Positions 13,535 to 26,643 of a stretch of DNA of 64,000 nucleotides are shown here, piece by piece. Within the stretch, counting starts at the first letter, position 1; each line of letters opens with the position of its first letter. This stretch comes from Tubulanus polymorphus (taxonomy: Eukaryota; Animalia; Nemertea). Made by a program: the position numbers and the translations under genes. Location of the stretch: contig NC_134035.1 in the NCBI RefSeq assembly GCF_964204645.1, positions 124,001-188,000 of the forward strand, in the 5' to 3' direction. Under the pieces are notes generated by a model. It worked only from the letters and a program-made list of their open reading frames with translations, was not told the origin of the DNA and made no database searches.

Positions 13535-15981
13535 GAGGAGGTTAGATCCCTCTCTGACCCGTCTCCGTGTTTACGTACGAAGAGAGAGTGTCGTTCTCTT
13601 GATGAAGGACGTTCAATGAATAATAGATATTTTTACAACTTTGACCGCGGTTTGATATAATTTCATTAGCTTAATTCGCAATCTCGAGATCGATGATATA
13701 TTATTCAGCGAGATTGATATAATACGAGAAATTAATCAAGTTTTCATCGTCGCGCAGCAACTTTTATTAGACCTGCATCGATCAACAATTATACACGACA
13801 CTTAAGAGCAATGTCTTATAGAAAATAAAATTACCAGACTTAAACCAAATCGAATTAAGATATCCTAATATTGAAGAAACGATTGAGTTAAATCAACAAA
13901 TAAATCGCGTTGATTCAATAGTAAAACATGCGGTTTAAAAGTACATGTAAACTTTATCGAATGCAGTCAAATGCAGAGACGACACGTTTGGATGAAGCGA
14001 AGCTGCAAAATTCTGCAGACTAAATAAAATACACCTGAATGTTCTTCAAATCTGGACTGAATGAATCGGGAGAGTGAGCGGAGAGCTAGCTCCACCTATG
14101 ATGAAAACAGAGAACTAAATAACCGCTAACCCAAAACGAAAGAATTCTAAGAATATATTTTATCGACGAAGGAACTCGAGATCTCAGAGATTTCTAATTA
14201 CAGATACTATTCAGGTAGAACATGCAGCGAAATAAAACGAGTTTTTGAAAGAAAATGAACAAAAATCAAAACCCAAAAACCATGCAAAACGTAAAAAGAA
14301 TAACAGGGCGAACGTTAATAATAAAATTGGCTAGAATTTTGTTTTCGATGAAAAGCAAAAATAGAATTATGAACAGCGAATAAAATCTGTAAAATTTGGA
14401 TTGATAAATGGGAGTCGAGCGTACGATACCTCGGGGCATCATCGTTCTAATAAAACGACCTTCACCTTCCTATTGTCTAATCGAATACTGAATGCAGGTA
14501 TTTTTAGTCGTTTTGTTAGAAAAATAAAAACGATTTTTAGTTATCGCCAGACGCAACGTTGGTGGCGGGCGGGTGGGCGGGTGGCGATGGTAATAGTGTA
14601 GGAACAGTTGCCAAGCGTAATTCCCTCAGCCACGAGTAAAGTATGTAAGATATATATATGATTTATAGTCATCTTACTCAGGATTAGGTTCCTGTCCGGT
14701 CGGGGCGACATAATACTCATTAGGACTGAAAATTAATAACATGTATCAATTCAAAACACTGCAACTTTGAATAAATGCGAGGTTTTTATGAAAATTCCCT
14801 GATTTACGCGAGACCTGGCCTGGGTTTTCATCCTTCACTTCCACGCGACTAGTTTATCATAGGATGTGCATACACGCATGATTTATTTTATCATTACCAA
14901 CAGATATTCATATACAGCCATACTGCGCTCAATTCAGATCTGATCAACTCAGAGATCAACCATTTTAAACAGTTTTCTGACTGTGTTTGTGAATTATGTA
15001 CAATCCAACTCAGATATCGCTTTAGACTCAAAACATCAGACTTGAGCGGAGTCTACTCAATCGTCAAACTCGGATATTTTTGAAAAGAGTACCATCCAAC
15101 TCAGATATCACTCTCAAGTCATGGACGAATTTTGTCTGCTGAAAAGATCCAACTTGAAGCAGAATGTGCTGTATTTGTTACTATAGTATTTAAAGGATGG
15201 TGAACTGCCGTTTTTATTCTGGACTAACGACGAACTCGAACAAGTGTTTTATGTTTCCACGTTACAGAATTGGAAAAGAAAGAAATCACTTGTAGCTAAT
15301 TGATGAGTGGTTTTATATTCACTCTCACGAAACGACGATAAATTAATAAATCACTTTCCATCATTGAACGCGATACAAATTAATTTGCAATAAGTGTTGT
15401 TTAGTTTGTCGACCGACCGGAGACATGTGGTCGAGTTCCGTGTCGACCATTAATTTACATCCCGTGAATTTGTAATAACCGCACAGTATGATTTCATCGC
15501 ATTGAACTACAGGTGGCAGCACTGTCTGCCTCCAGTGACGTGACCGAACAGCATCTTCATCACATTTCTACTGATAGGGATTCGTAGACCAGAAACTGGC
15601 TCCACAGTTGACAGACTCTTACAGTTAAAATTAGTTCATTTGTTTCCAGTTGTTTTAACTGTAGTTAAAACTGTAAACGAGGAGAACTGTGCAACAGGGG
15701 AAGAGAGTGGTTCGAATAAACCCAGTTCCTCGATCACAGTCCGGTTAGACACAGTTACACCTGACTCTAAGGTTAAAACATTGGAAATAAACTAATCTTA
15801 ACTCATAGAGTCAGATTTACCCTAGAACTACGGAACAGGCTCCGGTTGATTCCATTCAGAGTCTCCGGTAAAAATACAACTAAATACATTCTCGGTTTGA
15901 ACCCGAGATTGAGAAACAGTTACCACGTTGTAAGGGGTTGATAAGGGTGGGGATTGTTGTCATGGTTATGGTGATACTTAC

Positions 15982-16103
15982 AGAAGTTTGCGACGACATT
16001 TTGTACACTTGAAACAATCTTTATGATAGGTGTTTTTATTAGCGGTCAGTCTCTCCAGGGCGTACACACGTTTATTACAAACACAACACATATTTTCAGA
16101 ATT
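15982..16103 (-). CDS. LIM domain exon 1 (NSENMCCVCNKRVYALERLTANKNTYHKDCFKCTKCRRKL) of a large LIM-domain gene; EPLIN/LIMD2/XIRP/MICAL-type LIM
   Basis: Acceptor tttataatttcag and donor gtaagt; 122 nt, phase 0 to 2. Encodes C-x2-C-x17-H-x2-C-x2-C-x2-C with the VYxxERL signature. Not in the ORF track. Confidence 0.95.
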
Positions 16104-16843
16104 CTGAAATTATAAATAAACATTTTCGTACATGAATATTTCAGCAATTAATAGATCTAGGATTCCGGGCGCCAGTTTCACTTCAGAGTCGGTGACTATT
16201 AGAAATATAAGCCTTCAAATTTTGCTCAGTGAAACTGACCCCAGTTTATAAATGCACAAATGCTTGGATCCGTCAGTATAGGGACCGAACAGTGAGCGGT
16301 GGATCAATACAAATACAAGTTTTCAAGTACAGCAGTAATTATTAACGAGTTACTCTAATTAGCACCGATTCTGCTGAGAGTCTGAAAATGTTCCATGCAT
16401 CACGCTTCACCTACGACAAGAATAAAGGAACTAATAGTTAATATGGTGAGGCGTGAAACACATTTTTATGAAGATGAAATCCAGGTTGATGCTCGGATGA
16501 CAGGAAGATCGTGAAGATGAGATACAGTGAACTTTCTCGTTCCACTGCGAACAGTTGAATTTCAGAACGACACAAATCAATACACAAAAACTCACCGGTA
16601 TAAAAACATAAGTAAACTTCATATCGACTGTTGTTCCGATGCCAAAAAACATTGACATTGAACGGAACGTTCTATCAGGACGGAACAGTAAGAGAATAGT
16701 AAACACTCAGTACGTCCACAGATATCATACAGTCATATTGAAGTCCTGAACAGAGGAACTACGCCTGCTTTCAGAGCCTGCTACGCATCAAACATCGACC
16801 ATACGTACAATCAAACAGCGTTTACAATTCCACCATCACAAAC

Positions 16844-16858
16844 GTTGCTAGTGGCAAC
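16844..16858. promoter_or_regulatory. RFX X-box GTTGCCACTAGCAAC (minus)
   Basis: Consensus match about 740 nt upstream of LIM exon 1. Confidence 0.4.
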
Positions 16859-18231
16859 TAGTAACCAAAATTTCCCAATAAATCCCAGCACATAATGATG
16901 ATAGTAAACTGACTGTGACACTGTAACACAGCGCTGGTGATAACACTGAGAATACTAACACAGTGTTACACAGTGTTGAGACTGTACCGCTGGATACTAA
17001 CACTGTGTTCTCAGTGTCTCCTGCCTGAAGCTGAGTAATACATGCTGACTATTGTCTGAGTGATGAATGATGTCACCCCTGACAGTTTTGACTCGACTGA
17101 AACCCGGAGTCGTTATTGTCTACGTACGTACGACCCTCACACGTCTAAAACTAGAACTTCTTGATGAAAAACTATCCTCCATGAAATAAAGAGATTCTCA
17201 AGTCCATATATATTCACTCAGTGCATGCGGTTTTTAATCTAAAGCATCAAAACCGTTTGTTTTTTTTTCGGTGGACTTAATTTTGCTACATTAGATAAAA
17301 AGCATTAGTCGTCAGTAATTACCTAGAATCAGTAGCAGAACTAAAACACAAACCATTCAATAGTGCAGAGTACGCACACATCTCTAGTAGAATTTACCAG
17401 GCACCCAGTTCCACAGTCTCTTGAGACTTTACAGTAACAGTAAAATAAGTATCTGGCAGATTTGGAGATCTTATTCATTAATAAATTAAGACTTTTTGTA
17501 TTAAAAGATTTGTAGAGGAGCCTGGTGTAAACTGGACAAAGAGACCAATAGTACTTTATAAGGTTAACAATTAATTTGACGCACGAGCTTTCACAACTAA
17601 TATATAGAAGCTTCAGAAGGTGAATGAGAAATGAAGATATTATATATTAGTGAAAGTTTGTGCCTCAACTAAACTAGTTACACCTATAAAGTACTACTCT
17701 TCTCACACATTAGCTCAGATGAGAGATCTAATAAAGTTTAGTTCTTTAAGCACTCAAAGTCTATATCAAGTTTAATTTTTAATTCTATAACATCTGTTCA
17801 TTCTTCTGGTTTCAGTGGTTTATGATTCGGTCGGTGAAGAAGTCTCTACTGGCGACCGTGGAACTCGGTAGAAAGTGGTGAAAGTGACGCTATATGGTTT
17901 AAAACTATAGAGGATATATATATATATATATATAGAGGATATGACAGTGATTTCGAATATACGCGTGTGAATATAGATAAAACACCCAAAACCAAATCAT
18001 TACTACCATCGCAGCAGTTTTAATACATCATGCAACATCTCATTCAAAATACAAGAGAATCTGTCATGAATTACCAATAGTTCGGGTGAAAATGAATTAA
18101 GTTATCGTCATCTATCGGATTTCATAGACGTGAGAAGAAATAAAAGAATTGACGATAGGAATGTTGTTTTCGGAGGGGAATTTTTACGGATAGTTACGTT
18201 TCCCTAAACAACCATTAGTAGTAAATCTTAC

Positions 18232-18249
18232 CGCTGAATCGCTTTCATC
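18232..18249 (-). CDS. 18-nt microexon (DESDSA)
   Basis: Long U-rich tract ttttgttttgttttgttttttaaag, donor gtaaga, phase 0 to 0, between the 21996 donor and the LIM exon. Confidence 0.65.
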
Positions 18250-18939
18250 CTTTAAAAAACAAAACAAAACAAAATCTTACGATTAAAAATGCATCGAATA
18301 ATAATAATCTCAAAAAACAATGGCGTGCGCGTATAGTTGCAAATATATATCGAAACTGTGAATTCACGATATAAAAACTTAATGAATTTTAAAGAATATA
18401 ATGAAGAATTACCTGAAATAAACTATATCAAACATGAATCAGTAACGTAACAGATATATACAGAGTGCAGCACTTTAAAATCTGTTGTTAAATTCTACTG
18501 AAAGCATTAATTTTCTGAACATCGATGAAAAAGTCTGAACAGAAGAAAAATATCTATTTTGAAAAATAAAGCATTAGCAGGTTCAGGATTTCTTTTCCCT
18601 GATTCCCATAGCTAAAGGGTATGTTCTCTGTGCGGGTACCGGGAAAACTGCTGCAGCCGTTCAGGATCAAAACCTGCGGTGAAACCATCGTTTAATGATG
18701 AGAGACAATCAAAGGCTCTTTTCAATAACATGACAATCACTGGATTCATACTGATGACTCCCCTTGGCTTTAAAAAGTCATTCATGCCGAAAAGAGTCTT
18801 GGAAATTACGTATGAATTTAGAAATTCATAAGCCAAATTTACAAAATTAAAATCAAAAGAATTCAAGTAAGACACAATGTTTCAGTCTCTTGCTAAGGAC
18901 CAGCATCGCTTTCTAATTTTTAATTTTCATAATTGTAAA

Positions 18940-19680
18940 TACGCAACGACCTACTGAGTCACGGTTAGTTGAGCAAAGCCGCTGTTTAAGTAGTTGAGAA
19001 TATTTTCATCCTCAATAATCGCTTGTAATAACCGCGATGAACAAGACAAAAAATCAATATGGACAACATTGACTGATTATTGATCAGAAAGAGAGCGTTA
19101 GTTAATCTATGAATTCCCTCATCGCTGACGAGAGAAAAAATATCTAAAAGCCAATTCAACGTGAATGAGTGTTTACGAGAGCAAACTGATGTAATTATTA
19201 CAATCCTAAGTTGTTTTATTCTGTTGCATTGAAGCGTCTTAACGCAGTGTATTAATCTAAAAGCAAAATGAGTTTGCGCAGTTTGAGTTGTAAGGTGAAA
19301 TGAGCTCGTCATCAATTTCTTTTTTAAACGACGATTGTTTGTTTTGAGTGTATGATAATGACGATGCCACAGTTTCCCATTTTTGTCTGGGTACGCAGTG
19401 ATCCGTATTGCCACCGTGGGTCTTACATGATGGGCAAACAGTGACCTCAAAAAATCAAAAGCGTTGGCCAATTGCTTTGACAGGTTCTTGAAAAAAAATG
19501 TCAGTAAATTATTGCCACAGCTTTCGCCACTAGTCACTGCACTTCCAATACCATTGGATATGCGGCCCATTTTGCAGTCCAACTGTTGTGTCCACCATGT
19601 GACAAGGGATTAGGGGAAATTTCTACAAAAAGTGTTTCATTCGAAGCCGTATCAGCCTGGAATCATATCTTAATATAAGT
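18940..19680 (+). pseudogene. decayed non-LTR retrotransposon (CR1/L2-like) ORF2 fragment
   Basis: Frameshifted plus-strand translation LPPWVLHDGQTVTSKNQK/ALANCFDRF resembles the linker before LINE RT domains; many stops. Confidence 0.35.
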
Positions 19681-19970
19681 GTGAATAAAGATATGTCTAA
19701 TTTTATCACACGTGAATCAAAGTGAAAAACAGAATTTCTAAATTTTCAATCAGCAGCTATCGGAATCTAACGACTCCTTTCATAGTTCTCAGTTAGTTTT
19801 GACTGTAATTAGACATGAAATAAGTGAATTTCCAATGTTTGATTCTAACTGAGATACTGCGGAGACTGTCCGGTCCAGATTCATAGATATCTATACAAAG
19901 ATCTAAAGAAAACAGTGACAGAGAAAATTTCAAACGCGTGACGACGAATCAAACAGAATATTTCACGTAC

Positions 19971-20042
19971 CGTTCGTTCAGACGAGTGTTGAACGTCGTT
20001 TGAACTTTCATTACAGTCATCGACGTTCATTTTAACGTTCAT
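19971..20042 (-). CDS. alternative start exon for a short LIM-only isoform (MNVKMNVDDCNESSNDVQHSSERT)
   Basis: Exon 20066-19971 (acceptor gttttctatag, donor gtacgt). In-frame TGA sits directly before the ATG at 20042; exits in phase 0. Confidence 0.55.
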
Positions 20043-21566
20043 TCATAAATCCCAGTTAATTCCGACCTATAGAAAACACTAGTCTCTGAACAGTAGATGA
20101 AATATTCGATTCATACTTAAAATACTGTGATATTCTACAGGGGAAAAATATTTGAACTACTCGACCGACAATGTGGAATACTCAAAGAGTTTATATGTAT
20201 ATATAGGGAGTTGAAGATGTTTGAAGTTTAGTCTGAGAGGTTTTAGATTTATATTCTACAACTATAGCTTCAATGCTATTTCCATAACCGCGTGAAAAGA
20301 GGCTTAGCATTGTTTTCATCATGATTACTTATCTAGCCTTTTCTCAGTTTTAGCCGAGTGAAAGTTTCTGATGATCATACGTTATTGTCTTAATAAGCGA
20401 AGGGTTCGCGGCTAGAAGCAGAATCTAATATCAGGAATATTTCAATTCTGTAGAACTGGTATTTTCTAAAGTTCATAGCGGATCAAATTATATCTAAAAT
20501 TCTGCATCCGGAATCGTGATCTGACAAAGTGTTAGTATGTGTGAGTATCGACAATACAGTCGCGACAAATCTGAATCATTTCGAAGATTATCGAAAGCCA
20601 AAATCATGGTTAAAATGTTGAACCATCGGATGAAAAATAAAGACTTTTTCTCGCGGCTTAATTTCACAATCATTGTTGAGAACATTGAGAATGTGACTGG
20701 ATTGTGAAACCAGGGCGCTGCAGTCACGACTTAAATCCAATACTAGTGAGCTTAGACTAGTATTAAATCTAAGCCTTGACTATGCAACTGACCCCCGATC
20801 ATCCGGGAACATTCTCTAAAACCAGGCCCGGGTGTAATATAGATATTGTCGACTGTATTGTAGAATACATCCACGTATACGTGTTAAATTAGTAAAGTAA
20901 ATTGATAGATGATATATGTATGTGTAGTAACAAGCCGGAATAGAGAGGATGCACGCAGCACGGCCGACGGGTAACTTACAAGTGCGGCAACCGTCCATTG
21001 GACTGGTTTATCTATATGATGTATAGTCGGACTCTGAGCCAGCGAGGTCAGTTTTTGGTATAATTGCATTCGCTCGGATATAGGCATTAATACGAGAGGT
21101 TCCTCGTCGCAGTCGCCATTCTCATTCTACAATAAAAACATGCCGCACAAAAACATGCTACTTCGTTAGTTTCATTCACAACGCTATCGTTTAGTTGTCT
21201 ATCTATCATATCCCCCAAATCTATGCCCTTCATTTCCACTACCCTCCCCCTACTCTCAAAATGCACTGCTATATTCAGTCAAGCTCTTGTAGCATCAATC
21301 ACTATTCCATGAGTAAGAATATGAACAGTGTTTTGCGGGCTGACCGGTTTGAATGGTTCTATCAAGTTTTTTTGAGAGGGCTGCTTCAATCATATATGGA
21401 ATTTGAACATGGTTTACAATAAATTAAAACAAATATTTAGCATTCCATTAGATATTGAAGTTATAAGAGTAAAATCCCATGCGAGACCAGTGTGTCGGTC
21501 GGGTGGGCGGTTTACGCATGATGAATGATTTGAAATTAAATGAAATCAACTGTAAGAATATCGACA

Positions 21567-21602
<36 letters not shown>

Positions 21603-21995
21603 CAACCAGTGATGATTAAAGTAAGGATTATATTTCATCTCATCTGTGTATAATACAGTACTATACGAACTCATGCGTTTCAATTTAGTTCCCCTGAGAC
21701 TGGTATTAACTACAGGGAGTGGCCACATCAAACTGTGGGTTATTTTAACTCATCTCCCTTGTTATGAGTTTAAATTCAACAATTTAATCAAACAATTTAG
21801 AATTTACCGGTTTAATGGGTCTAGTATTAACTTTAACCATACAAGGGTTAGGTTCAACCTTACTACGGTTAACTCAATCATTAGTTAATTGGGTTAGCAC
21901 CTCTGATTGTCAGGGTTAAGTTCACCGAGGCTGTAAGTCTGTACTGAGTCCCCTATGATCGGTATGTTTACCGATGAAAACAGTAAAACACTAAC

Positions 21996-22162
21996 CTGTA
22001 TCTGAACCGGTAAAGCTTTGCTGCTTTCTTTACTATTATTCTCCATCGTTTCTTTGAAGTTCTCACGTTTCGGTGGCTGGTATTCTTGTTCTTCGATCAC
22101 AAATTTCTTCTTTTCTGGTTTTTCAGATGCCCCCTTCTCCACGACCTTGTCGATGTCTTTCT
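21996..22162 (-). CDS. charged exon (KDIDKVVEKGASEKPEKKKFVIEEQEY...PVQIQ)
   Basis: Acceptor ccacag, donor CAG/gttagt, 167 nt, phase 1 to 0; overlaps ORF 21894..22142. Confidence 0.9.
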
Positions 22163-22633
22163 CTGTGGATGGTTAACGATAAAATGCAGTTAGAAATCAG
22201 CGCAGTATAACAATCACACTTGTCGTCGTATCGCTGCTGAAGTCATCTCTATTTTTTAGTCCCAAATTGTAAATCAAATTCAGGTTACTAATTGTAAGTC
22301 ATCTTGTAAGTCATCATTTGATTAAGTCGTAACTACAATGACTTAAAGCCAGATTCACTTAATAATATCTAATATTTCTGTACCAGGATATTTTCTTGCC
22401 ATCGTCAATTTTCTCATGCGTTTAATGAACCACGACTTAGGCAACATTTTCCCTTCCGACCTCCACACATGCGAGGTGTGTCGTCTATAGTCTATAAGCT
22501 ACTTAGACCTAAGCTGAGTAATAATCTACGAACAATGGAATTAATTGATTAAGCACGCGTCCCATAAATCAATTAATAGCCGTGGAATTCTTTTTGCCGC
22601 ATATTTTCTTAATACCAAATATTACACAACTAA

Positions 22634-22746
22634 GCGGCCATCTTGGATTTTGAGTTACTTGGACAAATTTTTTTTTGCGTGCAACTGAAATTTCGCACAA
22701 TTTTCATGTGATCTGATCAAAATTTGGCATGATCCAAGATGGCCGC
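22634..22746. mobile_element. short foldback element with perfect 15-bp IR containing YY1-type GCCAT core
   Basis: gcggccatcttggat ... atccaagatggccgc. Confidence 0.6.
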
Positions 22747-23280
22747 CTTAATTAAGAAATAGTTGTACGTGATGATATGAACTTGATTCGTTATCGCGAA
22801 GAGATCAGTCTGAATTTTATCAGTATGAAAATATGGAATTTATACCACCATATAAATACATAAAAATACAATAAAAATATCGGGAACAGCAGCCGTAGTT
22901 ACTCATGTTGCCACTTACTTATCGAGTACCATTGACTGACTAAACAGAGCATATGGCTATTTAATTCATATTTAAGAAATTTGATCGAAGCCGGAAGTGT
23001 TCTATAAAACAATACAACTGAAACGCAGTAGCTAGTGTTCAAATATACATCAAGTCTATGATATAGAACAAAAATACAATACAGTCAAGTATTAGTTTAA
23101 TTATGATTCGTTATTACGTAGTTGGTCAGATCTGAGATGATGTAAATTGTTTAACAGATACAGTCGACATGGTTACAGTCGACATGGTTACAGATCCAGA
23201 TAACATAGATGTTCAGATTATAATAGATCAATCAAAGGAGTAATATTCATAGCAATCAATTTAGCAGAGATGATACTCAC

Positions 23281-23383
23281 TTTCTGGTTCTGTTTTCGTA
23301 TATTGTGATTTCTCTTTAACTTTTGGTGGTTCCTTCGCTACCTTCTTTGCCTCCATTTCAGCAACCTCTTCCTCACTGGGGTA
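23281..23383 (-). CDS. charged exon (YPSEEEVAEMEAKKVAKEPPKVKEKSQYTKTEPE)
   Basis: Acceptor ttttttgcag, donor gtgagt, 103 nt, phase 0 to 1, matching the next exon. Confidence 0.9.
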
Positions 23384-24118
23384 CTGCAAAAAATATCAAA
23401 CAACCAAATAACACGTTTGTAAGAAAGAGTTGTCGACAACAGTACGGTACTCTGTACTGTGTGAGATGCCTATGGTTGAAAGTATCCAGTATCTTCCGTC
23501 TTACACCCACATAATTTATTCTCACCAGCGATACACGCTTACATATAATACTGACATCAGATATTTAGTAAATGGCAGGTATTTGTTGCCAGTTCGAACC
23601 CGTTCTTCAGATGCTGGCATAACAACAACATTAGCTGCAGCACTCGCAGATTAACACAGACGAGGTTGATAGAAATGTAAAAACTGTTGTTGAGAATTGT
23701 GGTCATTGACTGGTTCCAGAAAAGAGCATTTAAAAACTGCACGAGGAAGAATCCTGTTCTCAAACATTAGTCCAGTAATATATACGAGTCCACCATAGGT
23801 AACATTAGTACAAACATGCATCCCTGATAGATCAGCTTACTGATATCGATATGGCATTCCTGAGTCTATTAATTACACCCAGGCCGTTCCAGGCCGTTAT
23901 CTAACATTACATATATAATAATCACAGCGATAAATGAACTAAAGTAATATCAAAATACCACAAACCAGAAAAATAATTCAACAAAGAAAAGTATCTAATA
24001 TTCTCCATAAAGATACTTACCACGAATGAGGGCTATCAAACGCCGCGTTAATTAGAAAGTCTCTCACCGAATGAAGAGCAGAAAATCCCATAACCGAAAT
24101 GATGGATAGATTACAGAC

Positions 24119-24754
24119 CTGATCAGTACACTCAATTTCATATATATCATCTCCTCTAAAACTGGTGCATATATCAAAGGACGATTCAGCACAAATAATG
24201 TCGACTTCATAATAAGAAGCTGTTGCGTCTTTCTGATTCAAATCATAAGGTACACGATCACCAATAAAACGCTGTGGTACTGATTCATCCAAAACATCAA
24301 CTTCTAGATCATTTCTAACAGTTTCAGGATCGCTAGTTAGTTCATAGTCAACCTCCGGTAGTTCATACGCGACATCTTTGTTCAATTCTTCTTTCACTTC
24401 AGCGTCACCTACTTCAATATTAACATCGATTTCATGACTTGGTTCTTCTTTGTGCACAACTTCATCGGTACATTCTCCACTATAATCATCCATGTTAGGA
24501 GTCGATTCACGCTGATCTGTGTCTATATCAGATGAGGGTGCGTTCTGTTCCGCTTGACGATGTGTTCGTTCTATCACCACTTCATCGGATTCCCGATGAT
24601 CACGTGACGCTTCCTCGTCCCGAACCTCTTCGAATTGCGAACTATTCTCCGGCAGTTCGTAATCTTTCAGATCATCGTCGTCGGCCGCAGCGGCGCCTTC
24701 GGGACGTTCTTGATTCTTCGTTTCGACGCACTGGCAACAAATCGTTTTGAACAT
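24119..24754 (-). CDS. alternative first coding exon, acidic, Cys-cluster N-terminus (MFKTICCQCVETK...IECTDQ)
   Basis: The 245-aa ORF is D/E-rich up to a CAG/gtctgt donor (phase 0, compatible with 23383). A second donor gtaagt at 24015-24020 is phase 2. Confidence 0.75.
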
Positions 24755-26643
24755 ACTTAGATTTCAATCCTTATATACACGTGTACGGTAGGTATGTCGT
24801 CCACAGAATCCGCCGAGCGGTGTCACGTACTCCGCATACCAAAGTCAAAAATTCACACACACATGAACATGTCATCGGACACTAACGTGAACACGATGTT
24901 CGGATAACATTTTTTCGACGATGATGCGATCGATAATGAAGACTACGAGAGCATTGTTACAGGAACATTGTCGTCACACGTGAAGATGTGAGTCGACTGA
25001 AAACGCGCATATGTCACTCAAACAACGCTATATACAACATTCATCATAACTCGTATATTACTGATAACTATCTGAAGCCGAGGGGGGTGCGGTACTGTGC
25101 GTATAGGGTACACCCCGCGGTTACTTCATTTTCTAAATGACTAAGCGCTAGCTACTATTGTCCTCTGTTCTTTTGTACTCGTACAAAAAATCAATCTAAA
25201 GTCAAGATTAGAAAATTTCAAAAAATTCACTTAACGTTAAATTTTATCGAACTTTTTCGCAACTGTTTTTGATACGCGTGGATCGATTGCTGCGCATACG
25301 TTTTATGCACATGATGTATATAATTTTAATAATAACATCGGGCGACGAGTGGAAAAATTATGCAATTTGCATCATAAATAATGATGAATCGAGGTAAACT
25401 TCGCCTCGGGCATTTTGCAAGATGACGACGGGAAATAGCGAGAGCCATTATAATTATGCGTAGAACTATGACAGGGCGCACACCTGTTGGATGGCACCCC
25501 GCTGCGTGAGACAATAGCTTCATATTCCTATATTGTGTTGTCTGTATCGAAGCTTTTTCATTCGTAAGCAGTAATTGTATTTGCAATATTCTATAGACAG
25601 GCTTTTTTTTAAATCGACATAGATGCAAACCGTTCCACTAGGTCAATTGATAAAATATGCTATAAATCGAATTCAGAAACAGTTTTTCTTCCGTTTTTTG
25701 TTGTAAAATAATCTTTACGATGCTTTCATCGGCGAATGCTATTTTGAAAATTTGTGTCTATGCAAATCGTTTTCTGCGCAACAATCGCTTAAACATTCTT
25801 GAAAAATGAAGTAATAATTGAATTTAACTTCAACCCCGCCCAGCCGAGGTCTCCATTGAGTCACGTTCATTAGAAGTAAAGTAGAACCTATGTAATCCTA
25901 TACACAATAATAAAAAATACAACGCATTAAATTGACAGCTGTCGTCAGAATTATAGAGGCCACTGAAGGGGTATATATCAGAGAATTTGAATCGAAATGA
26001 GAATATATCGGATAAAAATTGAAAGTAATTAACCGCGCAACTCAACAATTAGAATTAGAAATAACGTTGAAACGAAATCCACAAAGTTTAAATTATAATC
26101 AGACGTTTTCAATTAAATCTATGATTTATCAGTAAATTGCGTATGCAAGGAAACGAATTGAGACTATACACAGAGAACACGCGCAGACGTGCCCTGAACA
26201 CTGATATATTCCTAAAACTACACGTGTTATTCTGTAATACGACATCCTCAGATCGATAACTTATGTATTATGTAACTCATGACTCGTGACTTTTTTTTGC
26301 CTTTTATTCTTCAAAGTGCCTTTTGCACTTCAAAGAATCGACTTCAAGCGAACTGGAGAAATATATTCATATATTACTGAGTAAGAATGAGGTAGAAAGC
26401 GTTCATAACCTAACACCACAAAATAAAAGATGTCAAAGAAATAAAAATCACATTCTTCCACGTTTTATAGTTTATACCAAATATTCAGAAAAAAAGATTT
26501 CAAACGATTCCAAACGAAAAAGTAAAATCAAGTGAAATCTTTGAAAGCGTGAATCAAATATGAAATCTGTTTTTCTGAATATTTCATAATCGATAAGAAA
26601 ATTCCAGCACCTTGCTTCCACCTGATAATTGAATCCAGGCTAC

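Noticed and set aside
18986-19582. 198-aa minus ORF and an HNH-like CPSC...DH.P peptide in another frame
   Set aside because: No coherent domain and the motif parts lie in different frames; the plus strand better fits a decayed LINE fragment.
21546-21731. Poly-His ORF
   Set aside because: Product of a (GAT)n microsatellite in an intron.
22913-22940. Possible tiny stop exon (INGTR*) with gtaagt donor
   Set aside because: Weak acceptor; cannot be distinguished from chance.
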